Positions 1 through 12,059 of a stretch of DNA of 64,000 nt are shown one piece after another (within the stretch, counting starts at the first letter, position 1; every line of letters begins with the position of its first letter). Source of the DNA: Eledone cirrhosa. Taxonomy: Eukaryota. The position numbers and the translations under genes are program-made. The notes beneath the pieces are model-generated. The model worked only from the letters and a program-made list of their open reading frames with translations. It had not been told where the DNA came from and did no database searches. The stretch spans positions 12,152,001 to 12,216,000 of the forward strand of contig OZ024755.1 of assembly GCA_964016885.1 (NCBI GenBank), in the 5' to 3' direction.

Positions 1-683
1 TTATTTAAAAAATGTTTCACAGTCATATAGCATTTATTGTGCTTATTACTATGGACGGAGTGAACGACCTCTGTTGAATATGTCAACTATTTAGAGGGTT
101 TCATACAAATATTTTAAACACTAAATGAATAGAGTGTACTCAAATATCACAACAACAATGATGCAGACATGGTGTGAGGTAGTGCTCTCTGCTGTGCAGA
201 ACCCCAACAGACAGAATGCAGAAAGCATTGACCTGAAGGATGGCGGGGAGACATATTGAAATAGATTAGTTATATTACTGATTATTTTAAGTTATTTGAA
301 ACTCATAGGCAGTGCATTTTATTAGAAGTATGGCAACAGATTAATATAAGTATGAACACTTTAAAACAATGTTGTATCATAGATTCAGAAGAAGTTTCAG
401 GCAGGTTGGCACCAAAAGGGTTAAATTTGGGTGTTATAACAGCACCAGATTTTAATTTTCACTTTATTTCAACCAAACAAACTTTCCACCAACCATTTTC
501 TCAGCTGCTAACTTTCACATTATATTCCTCCACAAGAAATTTTGTTGGATATCTTTCAAAGCTGCTCAAGGCAACAAGTGACAAAATTTATTCAATTAGT
601 CATCCATAAAGGATAACCATTCACTTACTTATCTAATAGACATTATCTGTCCTATCGATAGGTTGGTTGTCTAATGTTATAGT

Positions 684-1010
684 GAAGGCAGCTTAGTGGT
701 TATAACATTGGATTCGCAATTATGAGGCTGTGAATTTGATTACCAGACCGAGCGGTACATTCTGTTCTTGAGCAAGTCACTTTATTTCATGTTACCCCAG
801 TTCACTCTGCTGCAGAAGTGATTTGTGACATCAATGGTGCCAATCTGTATCAACCCTTGCCTTTCCCTTGCACTACATCGGTGGCATGGAGAAGGAAGAC
901 TAGCATGCATGGACAATTACGGGTCTTCTACAAAAACACCTTGTCCATCTTGTGTTTCATAGGGGAACTCTCTAGGTGCAAAACCCATGGTCATTCATAA
1001 CCAAAAGGGG
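684..1010 (+). mobile_element. Old tRNA-derived SINE with Meta/MESC-like central domain
   Basis: A-box-like GCTTAGTGG head, then TGTTCTTGAGCAAGTCACTTTATTTCA...CCAGTTCACTCTGCTG shared with several copies in the window. Confidence 0.6.
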
Positions 1011-1189
1011 TTTTCCCATAACGTTATATAGGAGTGAATTGTCAGATCAGGCCAAGGAAATATTGCTGATACTATCTGCCAGTTGCAACTCCTGACAGAA
1101 GGAGGTAGAGTTTGTACACAGAGTGCACAGAGCCAGGTCAGTTACAGCAAAGCATCATATCTGATACTTTAATGATTCCGCCAGTCCAC

Positions 1190-1270
1190 TGCTCCTGGTC
1201 TGGTACATTATCAACACCAAAAGAATGAAAGACAAAGTTGACCTCGACTGGATTTGAACTCAGAGAGCTA
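1190..1270 (-). mobile_element. Degenerate Nin/Deu-domain SINE fragment
   Basis: Reverse complement gives GAGTTCAAATCCAGTCGAGGTCAACTTTGTCTTTCATTC...GATAATGTACCAG. Confidence 0.55.
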
Positions 1271-1477
1271 AAATAAATAGTGAGACATTTAATCCAACTA
1301 CCATCTGGGCCACTTATTGTCACTGTAGGCCAAATGTTTTCGTTAATATTTTATTGATTTTGTTTCTATTCATAATATAATTTTTTTTTTTTTATATGTA
1401 AATATATGTTTGAAAAATAATAATAAAACAGATCCTAGAGCATTTTATCTAAAAGTATACATTATTAAGCTTCCTGC

Positions 1478-1662
1478 GGTGGATTGGCAGTATCAGTAGA
1501 GGGTCGGACGCCATGCTTTCCAGCATAGTTACGTCCCTTTACGATCTGAGTTCAAATCCCGCCGAGGTTGACTTTGCCTTTCATCCTTACGGGGTCGATA
1601 AAATAAAGTACCAGTAATGCACTGGGTAATTGCTGGTCTTGTGCCTAAAGTAGAAACAATTA
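1478..1662 (+). mobile_element. Young tRNA-derived SINE with Nin/Deu-like domain, full length
   Basis: A box TGGCAGTATCAG, B box GAGTTCAAATCC, core GCCTTTCATCCTTACGGGGTCGATAAAATAAAGTACCAGT. Flanking direct repeat AGCTTCCTGC at 1468-1477 and 1666-1675. Confidence 0.85.
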
Positions 1663-1679
1663 AGCAGCTTCCTGCAAAA

Positions 1680-2070
1680 ATACGCCGTATTTTTACTAAG
1701 ACAGTTAGCCTAATATTTTGAGTTATAAAATCCCCCAGATTGGAAAAAGGATGAGTATTGACGTACATGAGACACGAACCCATATTTTTGGGTATCATAG
1801 CCACCGCGCTTAACCAGTACACAAATACCTCACCCACAAAACATCCAATCAATTTGAAGCTATATAATCATAGCGTTGCTTTGAAAATTACCTTTGTTTA
1901 CAAACGACGGAGAATTTGAAAATTAGTGAAATATAGCTTCCGCCGTATTTTTGACTAAGTAAATTAGCCTAATAGTTGGAGTTATAAAAACCCCCAGATT
2001 GGAAAAAAGGATGAGATTGGCTATTATGACCACTGTGCTAACCATTACAACAATACGTCACCCACGCTAT
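1680..2070. repeat. Degenerate direct duplication (~260-bp spacing)
   Basis: GCCGTATTTTT..CTAAG...TTAGCCTAATA...GAGTTATAAAA.CCCCCAGATTGGAAAAAGGATGAG occurs at ~1684 and ~1942. Confidence 0.7.
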
Positions 2071-2241
2071 GATTATTGGACATTTGGTGGGTGAGGAGAT
2101 CACAGAATGTGTGACGAAAAAGCTTTGCCAATACATAAACAGCCTTCCGATTATCCAACCAACCAGAAATTTATAATAAATTGAAGCGAAAACCAACAGG
2201 TGCGTGTGTTTTTATTGGCAACATGACTCTCCGAAAGTATA

Positions 2242-2331
2242 ACATGGCAGCGATAATGAGGGACAGAGACCGCTGGAGAGAACTCGTCCATGGATCTCGG
2301 GAATTTTACCCGCCTTAGATAGATAGATAGA
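2242..2331 (+). mobile_element. 3' terminus of RTE-clade LINE with (TAGA)n tail
   Basis: Encodes MAAIMRDRDRWRELVHGSREFYPP*, near-identical to the end of the 49769-50221 copy. TAG at 2316-2318 runs into TAGA repeats. Confidence 0.85.
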
Positions 2332-2438
2332 CATATATATATTAAATAAATTAATATTAATAACTCCAGAAAATTATGTGCTTCCAATCTACTGTAAAAC
2401 TCATTCTTTGACATAATCATTGAATATTGTTTTAACAC

Positions 2439-2515
<77 letters not shown>

Positions 2516-2556
2516 CAAAACATAAGTCAATTGCATGAACTCATAATCCTTTATTT

Positions 2557-2612
2557 ACTGCTATATATATTTCGATGATAGCCATTGAATGGCTATGACC
2601 TCATCAGGCAGT
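2557..2612 (-). ncRNA. Minimal type I hammerhead ribozyme
   Basis: Minus strand: ACTGC-CTGATGA-GGTCATAGCCAT tca ATGGCTATCATC-GAAA-T ATAT A-TA/GCAGT. Helix I 5 bp, helix II 11 of 12 pairs, short helix III with palindromic loop. AATAAA follows, then (TA)n. Confidence 0.8.
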
Positions 2613-2742
2613 TAGTCAGTTCTTAGATATGCCAGCTCTGTGTGTATAGTGTTGATGGTATCAGAGCCTTGGGACATATGTATATACATATATATAAATG
2701 AAAGTATAGAAATTATTGTGAGCGTGAAGCCAACAGTATTTC

Positions 2743-2793
<51 letters not shown>

Positions 2794-2798
<5 letters not shown>

Positions 2799-2900
2799 CA
2801 TACATACATACATACATACATACATACATACATACATACATACATACATACATACATACATGATGGCTGCCCCCTCGTTATCGAGTATGGCCATTGCACG
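2794..2900 (-). mobile_element. Retroposon 3' end (RTE-like stem-loop plus (ATGT)n tail)
   Basis: Minus strand CAATGGCCATACTCG-ATAA-CGAGGGGGCAGCCATC followed by (ATGT)n. Confidence 0.4.
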
Positions 2901-3109
2901 ATATACCATTATTAATAATTATTAATTAATTCTATCGTGCAATGCCTGTGCGTGAAGATTTTTTTTTAAGTGAGGAAAGACTGTGCACTGAGCCAATCCC
3001 ACTCTCTGAGCGACAGTAGCTATAACCCGAAAAAAAGAAAAGATCAACATACATACATACATACATACATACATACATACATACATACATACATACATAC
3101 ATACATACA

Positions 3110-3320
3110 TTCTTTATGCAGAACTGATGAGAAATCTGCAGATACTCCACCCTGATTACACCTTCAGATTTATGCCTGTGATTATTGGGGCACTGGGGTA
3201 TGTTAGTAACTGTCTCAATACAAATCTTGAGAAGCTAGGCTTCACAGGAACAGAAAGAACACAACTAGTTAGGAAATTACAAGTACAATCCATTAATGGA
3301 ACAGTAAAAATATATTCCAA
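3110..3320 (+). pseudogene. C-terminal restriction-like endonuclease remnant of an R4/Dong-like non-LTR retrotransposon
   Basis: YAELMRNLQILHPDYTFRFMPVIIGALGYV...LVRKLQVQSINGTVKI matches the Y-x-x-L...P-h-h-h-GALG pattern of RLE elements. Abuts (ACAT)n at its 5' truncation. Confidence 0.65.
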
Positions 3321-4094
3321 AAATTTTGCATCTAATAACTGCATATACACATGTACAGATACAAAGCATATATACATGCACACATACAACTCAAAACATT
3401 CACATCCACACATACAATAACATCCATATCTACACATGTATGCAGACATACATATCTACCTAGTTGATGTTGTGTAAATTCCAATGACAGAGTTTTGTGT
3501 CTATGTTAGAAACCGACTCTCTCTCTATTGGTAAAACTTTGTGAAATTACGTATAAAACCAGAACACACACACACATACATACATACGTACATACATACA
3601 TACACACACACATATATACATATATACAATGATAAGTAGATATGATGATATCAAAGAGAAAAAGAAAGGCCGATACAAGTTGGCACAAATATCATCATCA
3701 TCACAATCGAATGAACTGGAGTAACATAAAATGCCTTGTTACAGAGAGAATAACGCACCAACTGATCCAGGAATTGAACTTTCGCCATTAGTGGTGAGTC
3801 CAAAACATTAATCACTATAAATCGCGAAAAATATTATTTTTATTTCTTTATTTTCACATACATCAACATAATCGTAATCTGCACCATGGAAAATGTATCT
3901 TTGAAATTTTTCATTCAAAAATAGACATTATTAATAAAGTTATGATGAAAAAGAATGCGAGAAGGGTGACACACAAAATTGTAATGTCGTTAGAAAATGG
4001 AGGCTTGCAAAGAGGAATAGTTGATTTTGTTTAAATCATCGAAAAATATTCAAAGAAAAATCACTTCTAAATAAAATATAATAAAACTACTTAC

Positions 4095-4210
4095 CCGTAA
4101 GTCATGAAGCTATTTCAAATATTAATCCGTAAATTGGTTTAAAATGTATAATCCGACAAAAACGTTCGCAGGTTCTCTCTTTATTTACAAAAGAAACACA
4201 TAGGAAGTCA
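4095..4210 (-). other. Possible first exon of a minus-strand host gene (ATG ACT TAC GG|gtaagt)
   Basis: ATG at 4105-4103 followed by perfect GTAAGT donor at 4094-4089 in unique, CpG-containing sequence. No convincing downstream coding exon found. Confidence 0.25.
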
Positions 4211-4298
4211 TATTTTTGTTTGTTATTTTTCTTGTCATTTCTATTGCTTTGTTTCTATTGTAGTAAATCCTATTCATATTTTAAAATTTAATAAAATA

Positions 4299-4430
4299 TT
4301 TGTTTCTACTTTGGGCACAAGGCCAGCAATTTGAAGGAAAGAGGGGCGTCGACTAAATTGAACCAGTGTGTTACTGGTACTTTATAATATAGACACCTAA
4401 AGGAGGAAAAGGCAAAGCGAATCTCGGAAA
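4299..4430 (-). mobile_element. Nin/Deu-domain SINE, older long variant (3' part)
   Basis: Reverse complement ends AATTGCTGGCCTTGTGCCCAAAGTAGAAACAA and contains TAAAGTACCAGTAACACACTGG. Confidence 0.6.
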
Positions 4431-4612
4431 TATTGTAAATGGTTTCATGTAAACTGTAGTGTTTGGATATTTTTGTTGTTGTTCTAGCCCCAAAGCCAGT
4501 CAACTCTGGATTAACCATTAAGCGTTGTTAAGGCCTTAAAGAGGGACTTAATATAGCCAAAATGTATACAGATTTTTATTTTTTGTCAGATCCGGTGTAC
4601 TTATTTTAATGA

Positions 4613-4790
4613 ATTGGCAGTATCGGTAGAAGGTCGGACGCCATGCTTTCCAGCATAGTTACATCCCTTTACGATCTGAGTTCAAATCCCGCCGAGGTTG
4701 ACTTTGCCTTTCATCCTTACGGGGGTCGATAAAATAAAGTACCAGTAATGCACTGGATAATTGCTGGCCTTGTGCCTAACGTAGAAACAA
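4613..4790 (+). mobile_element. Young Nin/Deu-domain SINE
   Basis: Near-identical to 1478-1662. 12-bp TSD TTATTTTAATGA at 4601-4612 and 4791-4802. Confidence 0.9.
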
Positions 4791-5042
4791 TTATTTTAAT
4801 GAGGGGAGTGCTTTCAAGCTTTGTATAGATTAGGGTTTCACCAAATTTTAATCCAACACTGAGGTCAGTATTTCACCGGTGATCAACTAGGAATCCACAT
4901 TCCGATGTTTCCTTATATTTCGAAGACTATATGGTGTGATTTGAGGGAGATTATGTTGCCATTTCTTTAGCTGTTATTTCTAGCAGGTAAAACATTCGAT
5001 TAGTCTCCCCCATTGTATAATACATAGAGTGTGTTATGTGTT

Positions 5043-5103
<61 letters not shown>

Positions 5104-5949
5104 CATGTGCTATGTATATATGGAATATGTGTATGTGACGTTATACTTATAGGTTATGAGTATGTGATGTATGTCTATAAAATGTGTAAGTGTATTTATC
5201 ATTATTGCGTGATTATTTTGACCGAAAACCTGTTTAATGGCAAAGTTGTGAAGAAAAGGATATTTCCGCCATCTCTTGCGTTATCACTCATCCTTTAAAT
5301 TTTGAGATCTTACAGATTTTTATGGTTACAGATATGGTAATTTGTAGCTTACAAATTAAAGAGCTATGTTCCTCCTCCAAGAAGCTAAGTGCAGTCATAG
5401 TTTGGTCCAGGATTTATTTATAATTGATATGAAACTGAATGTGTATTTCACTCATGTATACCAATGTATGTATAGTTCTTAACAATTGAAGTATGAGCAG
5501 TAATTGTGAAAGTATAAAATGTATTTTCTGTGCAACATTGAATTCCCGAGAAAGATATAAATGTGAACGAGATAAACAAAGGGCGCGGTTTTTTTTCGTT
5601 TCCGATGTCCCGTAAAGCAGAAATTGAATTCGGTCAGCTTGGAAATGGGCTGAAGTTAATATTACCTCAGAATTATATCTTTGTTTTGTTCTGTTATCTT
5701 TCTTTTTTCTTTACAGACTTAGTTTAGAGTTTTAAAATGTTGATTGATGTGTGTAGAATTCTAAAGATCGATCTATAAAAGTTTAATGAAAAATGTTGGA
5801 ACCTCTTATATGATCGTTTGACTGTTATTCTAAAAGAGGGAAGACAATGAATAATATAGTCTTAGATTGGTTCTGTAAGAAATACTTTTTGGGTGTTTGC
5901 TCAATGGTGCTGAAAAATGGTAACATCTATCAGAAAGAAAAATAGTTAT

Positions 5950-6045
5950 ATTATGACGTCACTAAGGCTGTTGATTAGTCGAATCCAGTAAACGTCACTC
6001 GGGTTTTATTTACTGATTGGTCGAATTCAGTTGACGTCATCCCTG
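5950..6045. promoter_or_regulatory. Clustered CRE (TGACGTCA) and CCAAT motifs, candidate promoter
   Basis: TGACGTCA at 5954-5961 and 6032-6039, ACGTCA half-site at 5992-5997, inverted CCAAT (ATTGG) at 6016-6020. Local CpG retention. Confidence 0.35.
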
Positions 6046-8015
6046 GCTAGTGGTCTGCAAAATTTTCCATCGAGAAAGTAAGAATTATTCGGCATAATCG
6101 CGTCTTCTGCCATTTATAGAGAAAACTTCTTTTCCAAATAAAATTGAACGAAAATATATAACTGTAACTTTCTGATCTTGATTTTAATTGAAATTCTGTG
6201 ATTGTTCAAGAATTTCTATCTCGAAACTAAAGAGATCAAAACGCTATTGTCGTTTAATTTATTTGTTTAATCTTGCTTGCCTTTAGGAGTATGTTCCAAA
6301 CATTAAGGTGAAGTCTCAAGTTTTACTGATACTTACTTCTCGAACTAGTCTTTGGAAGCCATTATCAACTAAACTTTGAAGTAAACAGTCATTATTGATA
6401 ATAAATATTATATTATATTATATTATATGTATACAAGATTAATAATAAATATTACATATAGGTTAGCTGTTATCAAAATATCTTAATGGAAATATATTAG
6501 AATGGAGACAGGCTTAGATAATGATATTTGGTGTCTAACTACATTTCTTGACAAATCTCAAAGTAACAAAATTCACAATGAACAAGACTAAATATTTCAT
6601 CATTTTAGGTTTACTTTCCAGGCTGGCATGGGTTGGATGGGTTGTCATAGTCTGAAACCAAACAGATCGGAGTAACCACATCTTGTTCATATGTTCCATA
6701 TTTGGCATAGCTTCTGTGACTGGATGCACTTCCTAATACAAACCACATTAGAGGGTGTACTGGGTGCATGTTTTTGTGGCCCCATCACTAGAGAGGTTGT
6801 CACATTTTAGACTATATTAAAGAGTCCTATTAAACTCTAATTGTCTCAGTTTGATCATCAACACTATAGCCTCCAGTCTCTCACTATATTTACTTTTAGT
6901 GTCACAGTGTTTGTACTGGTGGACAAGTCTTTTATTTAATAAATGTTGTGAATACTTGGATAATTTTTATCTATTTAAATAAGTTTGGATTGATAGAATT
7001 TGAATGGGAGAAGAAAATAAGCAATAAAAAAAAATTGCAGTGAAATATCTTTCAACACATGTGTGTATGTGTGTTGGACCTCCATCAGTTTTTATGAAAT
7101 GTGTTTCAATTGTTTGATCAAACTGAACAGACTGCTTGTGAAATTACCATACTTCCCTAACACAGAGTGCATGCCAAGGCTGGCTTTTATATTACAGATA
7201 CAACTCTTTTTTTTTTTTTTTTCATCAGAGTGTACTGGAGCAATTGTGGGTCACTTACCATAGTGAAATATTAGGTGATGCTCATGAAAGTGCCTGGCTA
7301 TTCTAACAACTTAGCCTCGTTATCACCTACAGCTATGTCATTATTGGCTTGCCTGAAAAAGTTTTAGAAGGCAACACCAATATTCTCTGTTGTAGTGTAT
7401 AATTGAGTGTGCATGTCTTCATTTTTCTTCCTCTAGTCCTCTGATTAATTTTTATTGATTTTTTTTTTTTTTTTTTTGTAAATCATATTCATTATATAAA
7501 ATGTGTTTATATGTAGATATAATTACAAAATTCATTTGTGACAAATAAATTCACAATAGACTATTTTTTGAGTGAATTTCACTTACTTAGTGATATGAAT
7601 ACTAGGATAATTTTCATTTCCATTAGAACAAGTTTGGATTAAAAGCAACAGTAGAATAAATAATATAGATAAAAAATAATGTGGTGAGGTGAAAATCTGG
7701 AATATATTTATGGGAAATTTTCATCGCTAACTATAGAGATCATAATTCACTGAGACAATAAACTCAAAATATAGACTATATCTTTGCTAACACTATCTTG
7801 TATGCTGTAGGCTTCCAGTGTATTAACCTGCTTATTACAACCACACATTTACATTGCTATCATATCACTATCATATCACTTGTGTTTAAATGAGAACTAA
7901 AATGCTAAGGGAAATGAAATCATCATCATCATCATCATCATTTTACATCTATTTTCTATGTTTATGAGGTGGCATAAGTGTAAGAAGAAGGAACTACTGT
8001 AGAATAGTGACAAAA

Positions 8016-8059
<44 letters not shown>

Positions 8060-8164
8060 GAGAGAGAGAGCTTGGCTACTGACTAATCTGTGATGATATG
8101 CCCAACCCTTGCTAGCAGAAAACATAGACATTAAACAATGATGATGATATATACATATATATAT

Positions 8165-8397
8165 ATAATAGTAATAATAATAAATGTGAAGACTAAAATC
8201 CAAAGAGGGCTCGATAAGGATAAATATATATCAAATATATAAGAACCCAAAAGCAAATATTTATTAAAATAACAGTTTAAAGTTTAAGTAAAAAGAAACG
8301 CTGCTTTCACTCTTTACGGCATACACCATCTGTAAAATAGTTAGAAAGGTTAGCTATCAATGAAAATCTTATACTCCATTGGGATTTTATCATGTAT

Positions 8398-8473
<76 letters not shown>

Positions 8474-8811
8474 TTTTACCTGTTCCAACCATCCGGCTGA
8501 GTCCATGCTATATGAAAAAGAAGTTGAAAATGCAATTAGAGTTTTTAAGAAGATTTATTTTTACTATAATTTTACCCATGTGGGATATAAAAACTTTACT
8601 TTCTTATATATATAAATATATATAGTAATAATAATAATAAATGTGAAGACTAAAATCCAAAGAGGGCTCGATAAGGATAAATATATATCAAATATATAAG
8701 AACCCAAGAGCAAATATTTATTAAAATAACAGATTAAAGTTTAAGCAAAGAATCGCTGTTAAGGGTGAAAGCAGCGATTCTTTGCTTAAACTTTAATCTG
8801 TTATTTTAATA
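8165..8811 (-). mobile_element. Two copies of a TA-flanked short repeat; second copy ends in a 42-bp fold-back
   Basis: 8165-8305 and 8622-8760 are near-identical. Arms 8719-8760 / 8770-8811. A related piece lies in opposite orientation at ~26965-27015. Confidence 0.65.
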
Positions 8812-9216
8812 TATATATATAGATATAGATACATGTGTGTGTGTGGTCATTCAGAACCTGAAATATCATTCTTTGTATTGAATTTTTGTTATGTCTATGG
8901 GGTGTAATTCAAGCACAAAGATTTAGTTTAGTTTCATGTTAGAAAGATTGAAGAGTAGCAATTTAACTAAGAATTAAGCTAGTTGGTATATAAGTTGAGA
9001 AATATGTAACCAAAAAAAAAAAAAAATCGATGGTAAAATGGGAGGCTGGTGTATTTTCACCATCTAAACATAATGTGTTGATTAGCTGCTTCAGTTTATA
9101 AATGAGATTTGGATATTTGTCCATTTTTCAGACATGAAATGGTGTGTGTGTGTGTGTGTGGGGGGGGGGGGGGGGTCGGCTTATATTCGACTATGTGTGG
9201 TAATTAACAGGTTGTA

Positions 9217-9469
9217 CCCTTTCAAGCTATATTTCTAATGAAAAACACAGCCTACGATTTTCAATTAATTTGAAAAATATAAACAAATTTGGAGGGATTG
9301 AATAATACAACTAACTTTCTCATTAGCAAGCTGGTGTTTGGAGCATAACTTAAAGGTTTTTATATAAAATTATAATGGAAGGTTTTCAGATAAATATATA
9401 TACACTTTAAAATAAGCAACTACATATCATAGAACAAATGGTGGTTTCAACTGGTTTGGTATTTAAGGG
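9217..9469. mobile_element. piggyBac-type MITE remnant
   Basis: Begins CCCTTT and ends AAGGG-TTAA. Internal similarity to 11110-11342, 22085-22478 and pieces at ~21322 and ~21852. Confidence 0.5.
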
Positions 9470-9855
9470 TTAAATATTAGATCCCCAGAGCATACAAGTT
9501 TGTTTTAGCGAAGTGATTATAGCATTCATTTAGCTATATAAAACAAACATGAAAACAGTGTTTTAGAGAGCTATAACAGTGAAATAGGATGTTCTCCTCC
9601 TCCTCCACCTTCTTCTTCACCCACATCTTTCAGTGCATCCTATCAGAAATAACTGTCTCCAATTGATCCAACAGAGCTCATGGATGTTATCTAACCATCT
9701 TGCTTGGTATCTACCTCAGGGTCGCCTGGTGGTTGAGTTTGCTTGTAAAATCTGTCCAGCAATTCTTTCCTCAACCATTCTGTAATATTGGAGCTGTGAT
9801 CTCTCAATTCAGAGAGAAATAGGACTTATAAGTTATCATTACTTTTGACATTTAA

Positions 9856-10046
9856 GGGCGGTGGATTGGCAGTATCGGTAGAGGGTCGGACGCCATGCTT
9901 TGCAGAAAAGAGTTACGGCCCTTTATGGTCTTAGTTCAAATCCCGCCGAGGTTAGCTTTGCCTTTCATCCTTACGGGGTTGATAAAATAAAGTATCAGTA
10001 ATATACTGGGTAATTTGCTGGCCTTGTGCCAAAAGTAGAAAATTAT
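9856..10046 (+). mobile_element. Young Nin/Deu-domain SINE
   Basis: Full A/B boxes and core. 13-bp TSD TTTTGACATTTAA at 9843-9855 and 10047-10059. Confidence 0.9.
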
Positions 10047-10060
10047 TTTTGACATTTAAA

Positions 10061-10278
10061 GGGCAGTGGATTGGCAGTATTGATAAAGCATTGGTCACGA
10101 TGCTTTACAGCATCGACTTATGCCCCTTTATATTGAGTTCAAATCCTGCTGTGGTAAGCTTTGCCTTTCATCCTTACAGAGTTGATAAAATAAAGTTCAA
10201 GTAACACTCCGTGGTCGATTCAATTGACTTTTACCTCCTCCAAAATTGTTGACTTTGTGCCTAAATCAGAAACCATTA
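10061..10278 (+). mobile_element. Older long-variant Nin/Deu-domain SINE
   Basis: GGGCAGTGGATTGGCAGTATTG head, B box, Nin-like core, extra GTGGTCGATTCAATTGAC segment. Confidence 0.8.
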
Positions 10279-10287
10279 TTTTTTTAC

Positions 10288-10448
10288 ATCGGACAACATG
10301 TTTTTTAGCATAGAGTTACGGCCCTTTATGATCTGAGTTCAAATCCCGCCGAGGTTAACTTTGCTTTTCATCCTTATTGGGTCGATAAAATAAAGTACCA
10401 GTAATACACTGGGATAATTGCTGGCCTTGTGCCAAAAGTAGAAACAAT
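10288..10448 (+). mobile_element. 5'-truncated Nin/Deu-domain SINE
   Basis: B box, core and standard 3' end. Flanked by TTTTTTTACAT on both sides. Confidence 0.8.
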
Positions 10449-11109
10449 TTTTTTTTACATTTAATGTCCTGTTTATATAACCCTCTAAAACACTGTTTTC
10501 CACAATGCTTTAAACAAACCACAAACACCCACGCTACAAAAATGAAAGCTATACTGAAAACATAAGGCATAGTGAGATAATATACTTTCTTGACTTAATA
10601 AAGAAATCAATTCACACCAATATATTATTAAAATGTTAAACAAAATTTCACACTTTCACACAAAATTATCAACAAATTGATAAAATTAATTAATATGAAT
10701 TTCAAATGTTCCTGTCTGGTATATTTATAGTTTTACTTTCCATTCCTATTTTACAAATTATTCATTATATTCACATGAAAATATTAAATTATATACTTTA
10801 TTCCTCCGAGAATGTATATGACCTTTCTGACTGTTTTCATTTCAAAATATTTTTAAAAATATTAGAAACTAATTTTAATCTACCTATGGAATAATATTTA
10901 ATTTCACATAGGAATTAATAAAACTAACCTTCTTAACCTTTTCATCAACCTACTCGTTAACCTTTTTTGCTATCCACTACTTCTGATTCTAAGAAATAAA
11001 ATCATCGATTTTAAAGGGTTCCTGCTTAATTTAATATCTTCCAACATAATTTTATGTAAAAATCATGTTATGTTACTATCTTAGTAATAAAATAATTAAT
11101 AGTTTATCA

Positions 11110-11342
11110 TTAAACCTTTTGGTATCAACCGAGCCCAAAACAATTGATTTTATGAAACTAGGCCACCCATTTTAAAGGGTTCCTATTTAAATTAAAATTT
11201 TCTCACATAATATGTAAGAAGCATATGTTTGGTTACTTTCTTAGTAATGAAATAAAGAATAATTTTAGTAAATCCCACAAAATTCTTCTTTAATTAATGA
11301 AAATAGAAGATATTTCTTTAGAAATAGTCACAAAAGGGTTAA
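11110..11342. mobile_element. piggyBac-type MITE
   Basis: TTAA-ACCTTTTG ... CAAAAGGG-TTAA termini. Confidence 0.55.
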
Positions 11343-11741
11343 ATAGCCTCAAAAATTAAGATAAGCAATACTATAGTGCTTTGTTTCAATAAAATTTATC
11401 AATTTATCACCATCATCTGACATGAGTTCGACAAGTTGTCATGGCTTGAATTAGTTCTTTTTTAGTTACTGCCCTCCTAAACAAGTCAAAAGACCATATC
11501 TTATTCATAATTTCCATTTGGGTCATGGCTTTCACAGAATGTAGTGGGTGCATTTTATTGTGACATCGGTACTAAAATCAAAGACTAAAATATTAGTAAC
11601 ATATGTGAAGTGAAATTACTTCAACTAGATAGTAGAATAGTCATGAATTCAGATTAAGAAAAACAAAGGCCTTTATTTTACTTTACAAGTTGTAGTTTAT
11701 TTTTTATAGTATAGCTATATTGTATTGTTTTGTGTTAAAAT

Positions 11742-11946
11742 CATCATCATCATCATCATCACCGTTTTACGTCCGTTCTTCCACGCTAGCATGGGTTAGA
11801 CGGGTTGTCCTGTTGTGGGCAGTGTCTGGTCGGCTGACTATGCCTTGCTCATACAGGAACTGATCTGGCTTGATTTCTACAGCTGGATTCCCTTCCTAAC
11901 ACCAACCTCATTTACAGTGAGTGCTGGGTGCTTTTTCGTGGCGCCT
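11742..11946 (-). mobile_element. SINE 3' portion with (GAT)n tail
   Basis: Reverse complement matches the 3' half of 23485-23825 (AGCACCCAGCACTCACTGTAAATGAGGTTGGTGTTAGGAAGGG...GGACGTAAAAC) plus GAT repeats. Confidence 0.7.
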
Positions 11947-12059
11947 ACATAGAAAATAATAAATCTTTATTTATGAATGACAAAAAGAAAAAATGGAAAA
12001 CAAAAAGTAAGAGGTGGTTGAGAATGTGAAGGGGTGCAAACTCTACATCCTAGGAAGGA

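Noticed and set aside
120-240. Possible minus-strand exon after CCATCCTTCAG
   Set aside because: Frames close within ~40 codons and resemble no known protein
3124-3136. CTGATGAGAAA hammerhead-like string
   Set aside because: No helix II between the boxes, and it lies in the R4/Dong-like reading frame
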